A DNA stretch of 64,000 nt from Thermodesulfobacteriota bacterium (GCA_963675595.2 CAXXLZ010000001.1:96001-160000); one strand, 5' to 3'; shown: positions 51,542 to 62,001, numbered from the stretch's first letter. The notes: generated by a model not told the origin, from the letters alone. Numbers and translations are program-made.

Positions 51542-53071
51542 ATGCTCGCCAAGGTGCTGAGTTCGGCCATTCTGGGGGTGGACGCCTATCTGGTGGAAGT
51601 GGAAGTGGACATCACCTCGGGTCTTCCCGCCATGGCCACCGTGGGTCTGGCCGAAGGAGCCGTTCGGGAAAGCAAGGACCGGGTCAAGGCCGCCGTCAAG
51701 AATTCGGGATATCGCTTTCCCGTGGACCGCATCACCGTAAATCTGGCGCCGGCGGATCGGAAGAAGGAGGGGTCAGGATTCGACTTGCCCATGGCCGTGG
51801 GCATCCTCGCCGCCACGGGCGCGGTGGTTCCAGAGAAGCTGAACCGCTACGTGCTGAGCGGAGAGCTGTCCCTGGACGCCCGGGTCAAGGGAGTCCGCGG
51901 AGTGCTCCCCATGGCCGTGGAAGCCCGGGAAAAGGGCCTCACCGGGGTGGTGATTCCCCGGGAGAACGCCGCGGAAGCCGCCGTGGTGCAGGGCATCGAG
52001 GTCGTGGGCGTGGACTCCCTGTCCCAAGCCGTGGAATTCCTCAACGGAGGGGACGCGGGCGTTACGCCTCAAATCGGGTCCCGACCGTCCGAGGACCCCG
52101 TGCCCGAATATGCCGTGGACTTCAACGAGGTCAAAGGCCAGGAACAGGCCAAGAGAGCCCTGGAAGTGGCCGCCGCCGGCTCCCACAACGTCCTGATGAT
52201 GGGCCCTCCGGGTTCGGGCAAGACCATGCTGGCCAGGCGGTTGCCGTCCGTCCTGCCCGGTCTGTCCTTCATGGAATCCCTGGAGTGCTCCAAAATCTAC
52301 AGCGTCATGGGACTCATGCCCGACGGCCGAGGTCTCATCAGTGCGCGGCCTTTCCGATCTCCCCACCACACCATTTCCGACGCGGGCCTCATCGGAGGCG
52401 GCATCATCCCCAGACCCGGAGAAGTGAGCCTGGCTCACCACGGCGTGCTGTTTCTGGACGAGTTGCCCGAATTCAAGAAAAACGTGCTGGAAGTGCTGCG
52501 GCAACCTCTGGAAGACGGGGTGGTCACCATTGCCCGCGCTTCGTCCAGCATGACCTATCCCGCCCGCTTCATGCTGGTGGCCGCCATGAACCCGTGCCCC
52601 TGCGGCTACCTGGGAGACCCGCGGCATCCCTGCACCTGCCAGACACCGGCGGTGGAACGCTACCAGGCTCGAGTTTCGGGACCCCTGTTCGACCGCATCG
52701 ACATTCAGGTGCACGTGCCGGCAGTGAGCTACCGCGACCTCAGCGCCCACACGGCCGGGGATTCTTCGACACAAATCCGCCAACGAGTGGAGACCGCCCG
52801 GAAAGTCCAGCTCGACCGTTTCCACGGACTTCCCGTGTACACCAACGCCCAGATGGGCAGCCGCCTCATCCAACAATTCTGCAAACTGGACCCCGGCGGA
52901 AAAACTCTCCTGGAAACCGCCATGGAACGCCTGGGCCTGTCCGCCCGAGGCTACGCCCGGATCCTGAAAATCTCCCGAACCATCGCCGATCTGGCCGGAG
53001 AAGAACAGATCGCCCCGGCCCACGTGGCCGAAGCCGTCCAGTACCGGAGCCTGGATCGGAGGAAGCGATAA
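51542..53071 (+). CDS. comM: ComM/YifB Mg-chelatase-like AAA ATPase
   Basis: VNLAPAD..KEGSGFDL, GPPGSGKTM, RPFRSPHH, GEVSLAHHGVLFLDE, NPCPCG. Confidence 0.95.
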   Translation: MLAKVLSSAILGVDAYLVEVEVDITSGLPAMATVGLAEGAVRESKDRVKAAVKNSGYRFPVDRITVNLAPADRKKEGSGFDLPMAVGILAATGAVVPEKLNRYVLSGELSLDARVKGVRGVLPMAVEAREKGLTGVVIPRENAAEAAVVQGIEVVGVDSLSQAVEFLNGGDAGVTPQIGSRPSEDPVPEYAVDFNEVKGQEQAKRALEVAAAGSHNVLMMGPPGSGKTMLARRLPSVLPGLSFMESLECSKIYSVMGLMPDGRGLISARPFRSPHHTISDAGLIGGGIIPRPGEVSLAHHGVLFLDELPEFKKNVLEVLRQPLEDGVVTIARASSSMTYPARFMLVAAMNPCPCGYLGDPRHPCTCQTPAVERYQARVSGPLFDRIDIQVHVPAVSYRDLSAHTAGDSSTQIRQRVETARKVQLDRFHGLPVYTNAQMGSRLIQQFCKLDPGGKTLLETAMERLGLSARGYARILKISRTIADLAGEEQIAPAHVAEAVQYRSLDRRKR

Positions 53072-53290
53072 AGAAGAGCTTACCGGTGGAGACTTTCGAG
53101 AAAGTCTCCACCGGACCCCCGCCAAAGCCTTCTGGGTGGGCCTCACCGCCTGCGGCGGAGAGGCGAGGCGGAGCGCAGGGTGTGGGCGAGGAAGAGCATG
53201 AAGGTTCGGCGGTAGTGAAGGTGAGGTAAGTGAAGTAGTTATACTGTTTGAATGCATAGGTATATGTGAGGTGGAGGCCCCCTGGCGGTA

Positions 53291-53450
53291 GATTGGGCTG
53301 TATGCCTGCCGAGCCAAGCCATGGGCTTGCTCGGAATCATTCACCAACCAGGGAGGCCTCCTGGTGGGCAGTATCTGCTACATCGGTCTGGACGTTCACA
53401 AGGAAACGATTACCTATGATCGAATTTGTCACGTTAGTCAACAACGTCCC
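53291..53450 (+). repeat. 160-bp direct repeat copy 1 (IS110 5' remnant plus tail)
   Basis: 154/160 identical to 61842-62001 by manual alignment; encodes VGSICYIGLDVHKETI. Confidence 0.9.
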
Positions 53451-53492
53451 TAATACTTCCTACTTTCCGGACCAACTCTGAAGGTTAAGTCC

Positions 53493-54116
53493 ATGCCGCC
53501 GAAACAGCGATTCAGTCGAGAAGATGTGGTAGATGCCGCTTTTTCCGTCGTCCGAAAAGAAGGATGGGCTGGGCTTTCAGCTCGTGCCATTGCCAAAGAG
53601 CTGAATTCCTCCACCCGGCCCATTTATGACCACTTGAAATCCATGAAGCATATCGAAAACGAGGTGGTTAAAAAGGCCCTCGCTTTTTTTGTCGATTTCA
53701 TCAGCAGGGACCGGACCGGAGACAAGTGGCTCGACCAGGCCTTGGGATACGTGCTGTTTGCCGACCAGGAAAAACACCTCTTCCGATGCATTAACGACGA
53801 AAAGCACATCCAAGCACAGAAAACATTTGCCCGGGAGCACTGGGAGCGGCTCGGCGAACAACTCGCGGATGACCCTCGTTTCAAGGGCCTTGCTCCTGAG
53901 GAAAGGAACAGGATTCGCGTTGTGCGATGGTTCATGCTTCACGGGCTTTCTTTTCTCGTCAGCAATGGCTGGTACAGGCTTTCGGATAAGGAAAAATCGA
54001 TTCTGCTCGATAAGAGGAAGATGACCCTGGTCGATTTTCTTCGGACTGCAAACCAGGCTGTGTATGACGGAATCATGAAGTCATTTGAGGGCGAAGATGA
54101 GCGCAAAGGGTTTTGA
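53493..54116 (+). CDS. TetR/AcrR family regulator
   Basis: MPPKQRFSREDVVDAAF..GLSARAIAKELNSSTRPIY. Confidence 0.88.
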   Translation: MPPKQRFSREDVVDAAFSVVRKEGWAGLSARAIAKELNSSTRPIYDHLKSMKHIENEVVKKALAFFVDFISRDRTGDKWLDQALGYVLFADQEKHLFRCINDEKHIQAQKTFAREHWERLGEQLADDPRFKGLAPEERNRIRVVRWFMLHGLSFLVSNGWYRLSDKEKSILLDKRKMTLVDFLRTANQAVYDGIMKSFEGEDERKGF

Positions 54117-54225
54117 TCGGAAGGGGCACAGGCGGGGAAAATTTTTTCATGGAAAAACAACACATGTTGTGTAACGATTGTTGTCCTTATAGCTGTCCAG
54201 CATTTTCTACGGGCAAGGAGATACA

Positions 54226-55119
54226 GTGAAGCCGGACCGGCCAAGCATTACCGCTGAAAATATCGCCGCACTGCGGGCCATTGAAACGATGCGCCCTGAA
54301 AAGGAACGGATCTTTTCAGATCCGTTTGCCGTTCAATTTCTTTCCGATCGACTTTCGGAAGTATCGACCTCACGCGCGTTTCGAGAGCGGCTTCTTTTCC
54401 ATTGGGAGCGGGTCACTCCCGGGGTTTGCGGTGCGGTTCTGATACGAACCCGGTTTATCGACGACTGCTTGACCCGGGAGATTGAAAAGGGTGTTCGCCA
54501 AATCGTCATTCTCGGGGCAGGCTATGATACCCGCGCACTGCGCTTTTCGCGGATGTGTGAAAACTCCGCCGTATTCGAACTCGACCATCCGGCCACGCAG
54601 AAGCTGAAACTGGACAAAATCAAGCAGCACATGGAGATCCTCCCGAAGCATGTCCAATACATTTCAATTCAGTTCGAGAAAGAGCTATTGGAAGAAAAAT
54701 TGTACGCGCCATCCTTTGACCCTCTTGAGAAGACCTTTTTCGTCTGGGAAGGGGTCAGCTATTACATGCCGCCGGCTGCTGTAGACCGAACGCTTTTTTT
54801 TATTGCGAACCACAGCGGGGAGGGGAGTTCCGTCGTTTTCGACTATTTTCCCCCATCGGTGGCGGATGGTAGCTGCCTGCGAGCCGAAAGCGTGGGACTC
54901 AGGGGAAGCCTGAAAGTGTTCGGGGAAGAGATACTGTTCGGCATTGCACCGGAGAAGATAGTCGATTTTTTGGAAGCGCGGGGTTTTTTCAAAGTGAAGA
55001 ATTGCACGGCTATGGAATACAGGCGGAACTGCGGTTTGGAAAAGCAAATAGACCTGCCCGTTTCGGAAATTTTCCATTTTGTCCACGCAAAGGTGAAACC
55101 AAAAACAGGGGAAGGATAG
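54226..55119 (+). CDS. Class I SAM methyltransferase (leucine carboxyl methyltransferase-like)
   Basis: RTRFIDD, QIVILGAGYDTRA, FELDHP, WEGVSYY. Confidence 0.88.
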   Translation: MKPDRPSITAENIAALRAIETMRPEKERIFSDPFAVQFLSDRLSEVSTSRAFRERLLFHWERVTPGVCGAVLIRTRFIDDCLTREIEKGVRQIVILGAGYDTRALRFSRMCENSAVFELDHPATQKLKLDKIKQHMEILPKHVQYISIQFEKELLEEKLYAPSFDPLEKTFFVWEGVSYYMPPAAVDRTLFFIANHSGEGSSVVFDYFPPSVADGSCLRAESVGLRGSLKVFGEEILFGIAPEKIVDFLEARGFFKVKNCTAMEYRRNCGLEKQIDLPVSEIFHFVHAKVKPKTGEG

Positions 55120-55149
55120 ATCCCCCGGCGGGAAAAGGAGGTTCGGAAC

Positions 55150-56697
55150 ATGAAGATTCAGTCCATGACAGACTTGCGCAGGTGGAAATGGTTTCTTGGG
55201 GTATCGGCAATAGTGATATTTTCTTTCTGTTTGAACGGCACGGTTTTGGCCATGGAGCCCAAAAAGGGCGGAACCCTGATTTTCGGGGTAGAAGAGGAAT
55301 TTGCGGGTTTCGACGCCTTGAAAGCGCGGGGTTTTGCCATTTGTGATGCGATCGCAAACTCAGTCATCCAGGAACGGCTTTTTGAGATAAACGACAAGGG
55401 AGAACTGATTCCGATTCTGGGATTGTCGGCGACTCCTTCATCAGACCGGAAAACCTGGACGATCGCTCTTCGAAAGGGGGTCTTTTTTCATGACGGCACA
55501 CCGTTCACCGCCGACGCCGTGGTGGCGCACTGGGAGCGGCTCCTGGATCCGAAAAATCGATTCGGCGGCCGGGATACGATTGCCCCGATTCAGTCCGTGG
55601 AAAAAGTGGACGATTTTGCCGTTCGCTTTGTCCTGGCTCACCCCTGGCTTCCTTTTTTAGCCACGCTTTCCGACGGAAGGACTCTGGCCCCCTGCATTCC
55701 CTCGCCCAAGGCGGTTGCCGAGGATCTGCAGAACCGAGCGCCTGTGGGAACCGGCCCTTACATGTTCAAAGAATGGGTGTCCGGAGACTGTTTTGTCGTC
55801 GCGCGCAACCCTCATTACTGGAAACAAGGGCTACCCTATCTGGATGAAATCATTTTTAAACCGATGCCCGACAGCCAGACCCGATATGCAAGCCTCGAGA
55901 CCGGCCAGATGGATATGATCTGGACCGACCGGGGCGCCGCCATTGAAAAAGCTGAAAAGGATCCCGCACTGGTTCACTATGTCAGTGAGGGAAACGGGGC
56001 TGAAATATTCATCCTCAACACAGCCAAACCGCCCCTGGATGATGTCCGGGTCCGCAGGGCCCTGGCCTATGCTTGGGATCAGCAGGTTTGTGTAAAGCTT
56101 AGTTATGAGGACGGCATCCCCTTGGTTAAGACGCCGTTCGGGGTCGGAATGGATTGCGGTGAGGCAGGATACCCTGCTCACAACCTGGAAATTGCCAGGG
56201 AGCTGGTCGCCGATTACGGCAAGCCCGTGGAAATCGAATGCCTTCACTCCAACACCAAAAGAGGTCAAGAGCAGGGAGAACTACTGCAGCAGTTTGCGAA
56301 AAAAATCGGGGTGACTATCAAACCGATAGGGATGAGTTTTGGGCCTGTGGTGAAAAAGGTGGTGACCAGGGACTACCAGATTTCGACATGGAGAATTCCC
56401 GCCCTGTGCGATCAAGGCGCGAATCTTTTTTCGGCCCTCCACAGCAAGAGCCGGAGAAACTGGTCTGGAATTAATGACTCCGATCTGGACAGCCTTGTAC
56501 TTGCCCAGAACAGCTCGACCGACCCGAAAGAAAGAAGTGCCCTTCTGTGCAAAATTGCCGAGAAGATCAACGAGGATGTGCCGTTTATCTATCGAGGGGG
56601 GCGTCGGTTTCATGTCCTGTCCAAGAAAGAGGTCAAGGGAAGGGTCAGGTTTCAGAACGGGATCTTTGAGCTATCGGACCTCTGGCTGGACCGGTAG
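55150..56697 (+). CDS. ABC transporter substrate-binding protein (family 5, Dpp/Opp-like)
   Basis: PKKGGTL, LRKGVFFHDGTPFTA, PVGTGPY, DVRVRRAL. Confidence 0.9.
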   Translation: MKIQSMTDLRRWKWFLGVSAIVIFSFCLNGTVLAMEPKKGGTLIFGVEEEFAGFDALKARGFAICDAIANSVIQERLFEINDKGELIPILGLSATPSSDRKTWTIALRKGVFFHDGTPFTADAVVAHWERLLDPKNRFGGRDTIAPIQSVEKVDDFAVRFVLAHPWLPFLATLSDGRTLAPCIPSPKAVAEDLQNRAPVGTGPYMFKEWVSGDCFVVARNPHYWKQGLPYLDEIIFKPMPDSQTRYASLETGQMDMIWTDRGAAIEKAEKDPALVHYVSEGNGAEIFILNTAKPPLDDVRVRRALAYAWDQQVCVKLSYEDGIPLVKTPFGVGMDCGEAGYPAHNLEIARELVADYGKPVEIECLHSNTKRGQEQGELLQQFAKKIGVTIKPIGMSFGPVVKKVVTRDYQISTWRIPALCDQGANLFSALHSKSRRNWSGINDSDLDSLVLAQNSSTDPKERSALLCKIAEKINEDVPFIYRGGRRFHVLSKKEVKGRVRFQNGIFELSDLWLDR

Positions 56698-56803
56698 GCG
56701 GATATTTCCGTTAACAATGCAGAGAGAGGTCTTTGATTCCGCCGTGGATACATTCCGAATAGAGCCTGAATAAAAAGGCGTTACGATTGGGCCGGGAAAG
56801 TGA

Positions 56804-57757
56804 GTGCGACGAATGGGGAAAAAAGCCCTGCACCTTGTCTTGGTGGTTTTAGTGGTGTCGGCAATCACCTTTTTGGTGGTGGATGTGCTCCCCGGCGATA
56901 TTGCTTTCCGGATCGCCGGCGAAACGGCAACCCTCGAGGACATTCAGGCGATCCGGGAAGAACTCGGACTCGAACGCAATCCTTTCCTCCGGTACGTGAG
57001 TTGGGTTGCCGATGTGTGTCAGGGCGACCTTGGCATCTCCCACCTCACCCACGAACCGGTACTGACTGCGATCGTCGCCCGACTTCCCGTGACCGTCGAA
57101 CTGATGGTTTCGGCCCAAATGATCGCCCTGGTTCTGTCGGTGCCTGCAGGGATTTACGGAGGATACAGGCCAAGGTCATTTCTCGACCGTTTTCTGGGGT
57201 CCACCGGTTTTGCCCTTATGTCGATGCCGGGGTTTGTGATGGCCCTGGTTTTGATCTATCTCTTCGCCATAAAGGTCGGATGGTTCCCGGCCACCGGTTT
57301 TGTGCCCCTGTCCGCCGGCCCCCTGGACAACCTGCGATCGATTTTGCTCCCGGCCATGAGCCTTGCCCTCATTGAGTGGGTGCCGCTCATGCGGGTGCTC
57401 AGAAACGACATGATAGCGACTCTACGGGAAGATTTCATCCTCATGGCCCGGTCCAAGGGGCTGCCGCCCCGCTCCATTTTATTCCGGCATGCGCTTCGCC
57501 CCTCTTTGTTCACGCTGGTTACCCTGTTGGGCATACAGATCGGCCATCTGATCGGCGGAGCAGTGATCGTGGAGACCATCTTTGCTTTGCCGGGAATCGG
57601 CCGTTTGCTGATCGGAGCCATTTTCAACCGTGATTTTATGGTTGTTCAGGGATGCGTTCTTTTCATCACGGTCGGTTACGTGATGGTCAACTTCCTTGTC
57701 GATATCTCCTACACCGTTCTTGACCCCCGGCTTCGGAGGGAGGGGCACGGTGACTGA
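56804..57757 (+). CDS. ABC transporter permease (DppB-like)
   Basis: LPGD, GDLG, ARSKGL, HALR, VETIFALPGIG. Confidence 0.9.
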   Translation: MRRMGKKALHLVLVVLVVSAITFLVVDVLPGDIAFRIAGETATLEDIQAIREELGLERNPFLRYVSWVADVCQGDLGISHLTHEPVLTAIVARLPVTVELMVSAQMIALVLSVPAGIYGGYRPRSFLDRFLGSTGFALMSMPGFVMALVLIYLFAIKVGWFPATGFVPLSAGPLDNLRSILLPAMSLALIEWVPLMRVLRNDMIATLREDFILMARSKGLPPRSILFRHALRPSLFTLVTLLGIQIGHLIGGAVIVETIFALPGIGRLLIGAIFNRDFMVVQGCVLFITVGYVMVNFLVDISYTVLDPRLRREGHGD

Positions 57758-58688
57758 ATTCAGCCGTGGCTCGATGACTTCCAGGGTCCGCTGCTCCCGC
57801 GTTACCGGGTCGAGATCTTTTTCAAAAGCTCTTGGCGAGTCTTTCCGGCTTTCCGTTTTATGGCTCGCCTGTGTCCTGTTTTTTGCTGTCACAGCCAATT
57901 TCTGGCCCCTTCCCGAATATGACCACATGGACTGGAAGAACCCTGCGGCCCCACCGGGGACCGAAAGCTCTTCCCCGGAGCAGAGCGTCGAAGGGGTGGC
58001 GGGGAAAAAATGGGTCCACATCCTGGGAACCGATACCATGGGGAGAGACATCTTTTCGCGCATCGTTTTCGGTGCCCGGGTTTCCCTGGCCGTCGGATTG
58101 ATAACCCCTTGCATCGGGTTGGCGATCGGCGGAATTTTGGGCATGCTGGCCGGATTTTACAGGGGGCGGGTGGAGTCATTGATTGTGGCGATCATGGACG
58201 CCGTATTGGCATTCCCGGGCCTGGTGCTTCTGTTGGTAATCACATTTGCCTTGGGAGCCGGCCTTTCGAACATGATCCTGGCATTGGGGATTCTGACCAT
58301 TCCAGGTTTTACCAGAGTTGCTCGCGCCAACACTCTCAAGGTCGGCGTATTGGAATTTGTCCAGAGCGCCCGAATGCAAGGGCAACGCGATTTCGACATC
58401 TTGCTGAGAGAAATTCTACCCAATGTAATTTGGCCTTTAGTCGTCTATGCGCTGCTGGTGGTGTCTTATATGATTATTGCAGAGGGGGCCCTTAGCTTTC
58501 TCGGTTTGGGGGTTCCCGCACCGACCCCGAGCTGGGGCGGAATGATTGCCGAGGGAAGAGAGATTCTCGACAGGGCGCCGCATGTCAGCTTGATTCCGGC
58601 CCTTGTCATGTTTCTCACGGTCCTTTCCTTCAACATCATGGGAGATTCTTTGAGGCGGGTGATTGATCCGAAAGAGGAGCAATGGTGA
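57750..58688 (+). CDS. ABC transporter permease (DppC-like)
   Basis: HILGTDTMGRDIFSR..GARVSL, LSFLGLG, PSWGGMI. Confidence 0.9.
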   Translation: MTEFSRGSMTSRVRCSRVTGSRSFSKALGESFRLSVLWLACVLFFAVTANFWPLPEYDHMDWKNPAAPPGTESSSPEQSVEGVAGKKWVHILGTDTMGRDIFSRIVFGARVSLAVGLITPCIGLAIGGILGMLAGFYRGRVESLIVAIMDAVLAFPGLVLLLVITFALGAGLSNMILALGILTIPGFTRVARANTLKVGVLEFVQSARMQGQRDFDILLREILPNVIWPLVVYALLVVSYMIIAEGALSFLGLGVPAPTPSWGGMIAEGREILDRAPHVSLIPALVMFLTVLSFNIMGDSLRRVIDPKEEQW

Positions 58689-59695
58689 CACTCATGGCTG
58701 CCGATTCGGAAACACCTGCTCTTCAGGTGAAAAATCTCACGGTTTCCCTCCATACCCCTCGCGGAACCGTGCGAGCGGTAAACGATGTTTCCTTTGCCGT
58801 TGAACGGGGTAAAACTCTTGGTATTGTAGGTGAATCGGGCTGCGGCAAGACGATCCTGTGCCGAACCTTGATCGGTTTGCTTCCGGACTGTGCTGTTGTC
58901 GGCGGAGAGTCGCGGGTCGCTTTTAACGGCAAGGGTCTGCTCCGGCTCCCGGACCCTGATTTGAACAAGATTCGAGGCATGAAGATAGCCATGGTCTTCC
59001 AGGACCCTCTTTCTTCCCTCAATCCGGTGATGACCATCGGCCGGCAAATTGCCGAGGCCCTCGTTTATCACCTTGGAATGAAATGGAAAGATGCCGATTT
59101 TCAAGCCATCGAATTGCTTCGGTCTGTCGGGATTCCAAGTCCTGAACGGCGGGCGAGGCAATATCCGCACCAGTTATCGGGGGGAATGAGACAAAGAGTG
59201 GCCATCGCCATCGCCCTTTCCTGCAAGCCGAAGCTATTGATTGCGGACGAGCCGACGACGGCGCTTGATGTGACCGTTCAAGAAGCTGTTCTCGACCTGT
59301 TGGTACTTAACCAGACGGAAAGGAAGATGGCTATAATCCTTGTCACCCACGATCTGGGGATCGCCGCCTCTCGCGCTCATGAAATTGCCGTGATGTATGC
59401 AGGAAGACTTGTCGAGCGGATTTCGGCTCAACAGCTGTTTGACCATGTACGGATGCCCTATACCCGGGCGCTTGTGGACGCATTACCGAAGATGAATCAA
59501 CCGCCCCACACCCCTCTTCGTTCCATCGATGGCCAACCTCCGGATTTGGCCGGAGAGATCGGAGGCTGCGCCTTTGCGCCGCGGTGCGATCGGGCCGAGG
59601 AAAGATGCCTCAGCAGTATCCCTCCCCTTCAGCCGACCGGTGATCCTCACCACCTGTTTGCGTGCTGGAATCCGATTCCGGAGAGCCGTCCATGA
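58682..59695 (+). CDS. ABC transporter ATP-binding protein (DppD-like)
   Basis: GESGCGKT, LSGGMRQR, IADEPTTALD. Confidence 0.92.
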   Translation: MVTLMAADSETPALQVKNLTVSLHTPRGTVRAVNDVSFAVERGKTLGIVGESGCGKTILCRTLIGLLPDCAVVGGESRVAFNGKGLLRLPDPDLNKIRGMKIAMVFQDPLSSLNPVMTIGRQIAEALVYHLGMKWKDADFQAIELLRSVGIPSPERRARQYPHQLSGGMRQRVAIAIALSCKPKLLIADEPTTALDVTVQEAVLDLLVLNQTERKMAIILVTHDLGIAASRAHEIAVMYAGRLVERISAQQLFDHVRMPYTRALVDALPKMNQPPHTPLRSIDGQPPDLAGEIGGCAFAPRCDRAEERCLSSIPPLQPTGDPHHLFACWNPIPESRP

Positions 59696-60654
59696 AGGAG
59701 AGCCCCGCCATGCTGGAAGTCCGAAACATCGTGGTGGAGTTCGATGCCGGACGAGGCAGGCGTGTTCATGCGGTGTCGGATGTCAGCTTTCATATGACGC
59801 AGGGAGAAACGCTGGGTTTGGTGGGAGAATCCGGCTGCGGCAAGTCTTCTATCGCAAGGGCTGTGATGCAGCTTCCCCGTCCCACGTCCGGCCGTGTTGT
59901 TTTTCTGGGCGAAGATCTGACCAGGGTCGGCAAGGCGCGGCTCCGCCGGCTTCGGCCCGGCTTCCAGATGATCTTTCAGGATTCGATTTCTGCGCTCAAT
60001 CCCCGGCGAAAAGTTGGAGAAACTATTGCCGCGCCGTTGAGGGTCCCGGGAAAGACGCCCCATACGGAGCGGATTCAGAAAGCGCGGGAGATGATGAGCG
60101 CTGTCGGTCTCGAGCCGGCCCTATTCGATCACCGTCCTTTTCAGCTTTCCGGAGGGCAATGTCAGCGCATTCAGATTGCCAGGGCCCTTATGACAGGGCC
60201 CAAGCTTTTGATCTGCGATGAACCGGTGTCCTCCCTGGATGTCTCCGTACGGGCCCAGATCCTTAACCTCTTGGAGCGGCTTCGAACACGCCATGCACTT
60301 ACCATGCTGTTCATATCCCATGACATGGCGGTGGTGAAAAACGTGTGTGACCGGGTGGGCGTCATGTATCTGGGAAAGCTGTGTGAAGAAGCCCCCACCG
60401 AAGCACTTTTCCGGAGTCCGGCCCATCCCTATAGCGCCGTCCTCATAAGCGCGGTTCAGATGCCGGGCAATGCCATGGATTTTCCCAAAACAAGGGCCGG
60501 AGGGGTGGACCTTCCGACGCCGATCGATCCGCCTTCCGGATGCCGGTTTCACACCCGCTGCCCCTATGCGCGCCCTCTATGCAGCGAGCTTGAGCCGGCC
60601 TTGCGGAATATTGCCCTCCACCGCCAAGTCGCTTGCCATTTTCCGCTTTCTTAG
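59692..60654 (+). CDS. ABC transporter ATP-binding protein (DppF-like)
   Basis: GESGCGKS, LSGGQCQR, ICDEPVSSLD, PPSGCRFHTRCP. Confidence 0.92.
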   Translation: MKESPAMLEVRNIVVEFDAGRGRRVHAVSDVSFHMTQGETLGLVGESGCGKSSIARAVMQLPRPTSGRVVFLGEDLTRVGKARLRRLRPGFQMIFQDSISALNPRRKVGETIAAPLRVPGKTPHTERIQKAREMMSAVGLEPALFDHRPFQLSGGQCQRIQIARALMTGPKLLICDEPVSSLDVSVRAQILNLLERLRTRHALTMLFISHDMAVVKNVCDRVGVMYLGKLCEEAPTEALFRSPAHPYSAVLISAVQMPGNAMDFPKTRAGGVDLPTPIDPPSGCRFHTRCPYARPLCSELEPALRNIALHRQVACHFPLS

Positions 60655-61218
60655 CCCTCGGTGGTGGCCGATTTAACTGGAAAGTGCGTATTCCCCTGGA
60701 TTGTGACCACCCATTCCGCTACAAACTTATCGGACGATTTCATACCAAAGGTTTTATCAATCACCGGCGAGCAATTTTCAGAATGTATCTTCAGCATATC
60801 GCAGGTATCGCGGGGAATTGGGGTCAGGTCTTGTCATTTGATTCTTGTCCTTCCAGTTGGACAATTCCGCTCACGGTGGAGCAATAAGACAGCATGCACG
60901 ATAAGTCCGCTTATGCAGCTCCACAACATCCCCCAGGATGGTCGGAAAGGTTCGCCGGTCGAAATCCTCAGGAAAAATCAGCCGTTCGGCAGATTCTCAT
61001 GACGGTAAATTGATAAAGGGCGACTGGAAATTCAGGTCTCAAGGGTCTCGACAGGGGCGGTGTTTGTATTCATGAATATCAAAAAACAAGACCTGAGCCC
61101 ACAGCACTTGTGCTACCTACAAGAGATAGGGACGCCGGCGGTGAACGTCGGTGGAACCGAGTTGCCGGCCGATGCCGTTCCCCCTTACAACCCACCAAAC
61201 AAGTCGAGGCATGACGCC

Positions 61219-61515
61219 ATGACCACATTCGACGATATCAGCCGGATCCTTCACGATCATCTGGGAGAATTACGGCGTATCTACGGGGTCGCCGAAATCG
61301 GCGTATTCGGTTCTTTTGTGCGCGGCGAACAGCAAGAGAACAGCGACGTGGACGTACTCGTCGAATGTTCGCGGCCGGTCGGGTTCGTGGCTTTCATGCG
61401 GCTGGAAGTCCATCTGCAGGGACTCCTGGGGAGGAAAGTCGATCTGGTGAGCAAGAAGGCCCTGAAACCTTATATCGGGAGGCGTATTCTGGAAGAGGTC
61501 CGCTATGTCGCCTGA
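61219..61515 (+). CDS. Minimal nucleotidyltransferase antitoxin (MntA-like)
   Basis: GVFGSFVRGEQ..SDVDVLV, GRKVDLV. Confidence 0.88.
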   Translation: MTTFDDISRILHDHLGELRRIYGVAEIGVFGSFVRGEQQENSDVDVLVECSRPVGFVAFMRLEVHLQGLLGRKVDLVSKKALKPYIGRRILEEVRYVA

Positions 61516-61780
61516 GCGTGAGGCGCGTGACTACCTGTACGATATCCTCCAGTCAATTGCCGATTGCCGGCTTTTCATCTCCGGGATGTCCTACGATCAG
61601 TTCTGTGCGGACAGGAAAACCGTCAATGCGGTCATTCGCAGCTTGGAGATCGCCGGCATGCGCGACAAGCTTATTCACGAATATTTCGGGGTCGACCTGG
61701 AGATTGTCCGGGAGACGATGCGAAATGATCTTACGCCTCTGGATACCGCAATTCGAAAATCGCTAAAGGAAACAGAATGA
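61505..61780 (+). CDS. HEPN/DUF86 (HepT-like) RNase toxin, internally shortened
   Basis: YLYDIL..AVIRSLEIAGMRDKLIHEYFGVD (RX4H motif present). Confidence 0.75.
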   Translation: MSPEREARDYLYDILQSIADCRLFISGMSYDQFCADRKTVNAVIRSLEIAGMRDKLIHEYFGVDLEIVRETMRNDLTPLDTAIRKSLKETE

Positions 61781-61841
61781 AGTTCGCTCAGGCCGGCTTT
61801 TCTTAAGGAAGTTCCATGGAGACATTTCCCTCCCGCCCACG

Positions 61842-62001
61842 GATTGGGCTGTATGCCTGCCGAGCCAAGCCATGGGCTTGCTCGGAATCATTCACCAACC
61901 AGGGAGGCCTCCTGGTGGGCAGTATTTACTACATCGGTCTGGACGTTCACAAAAAAACGATCGCCTATGATCGAATTTGTCACGTTAGTCAACAACGTCC
62001 C
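61842..62001 (+). repeat. 160-bp direct repeat copy 2
   Basis: See 53291-53450; encodes VGSIYYIGLDVHKKTI. Confidence 0.9.
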
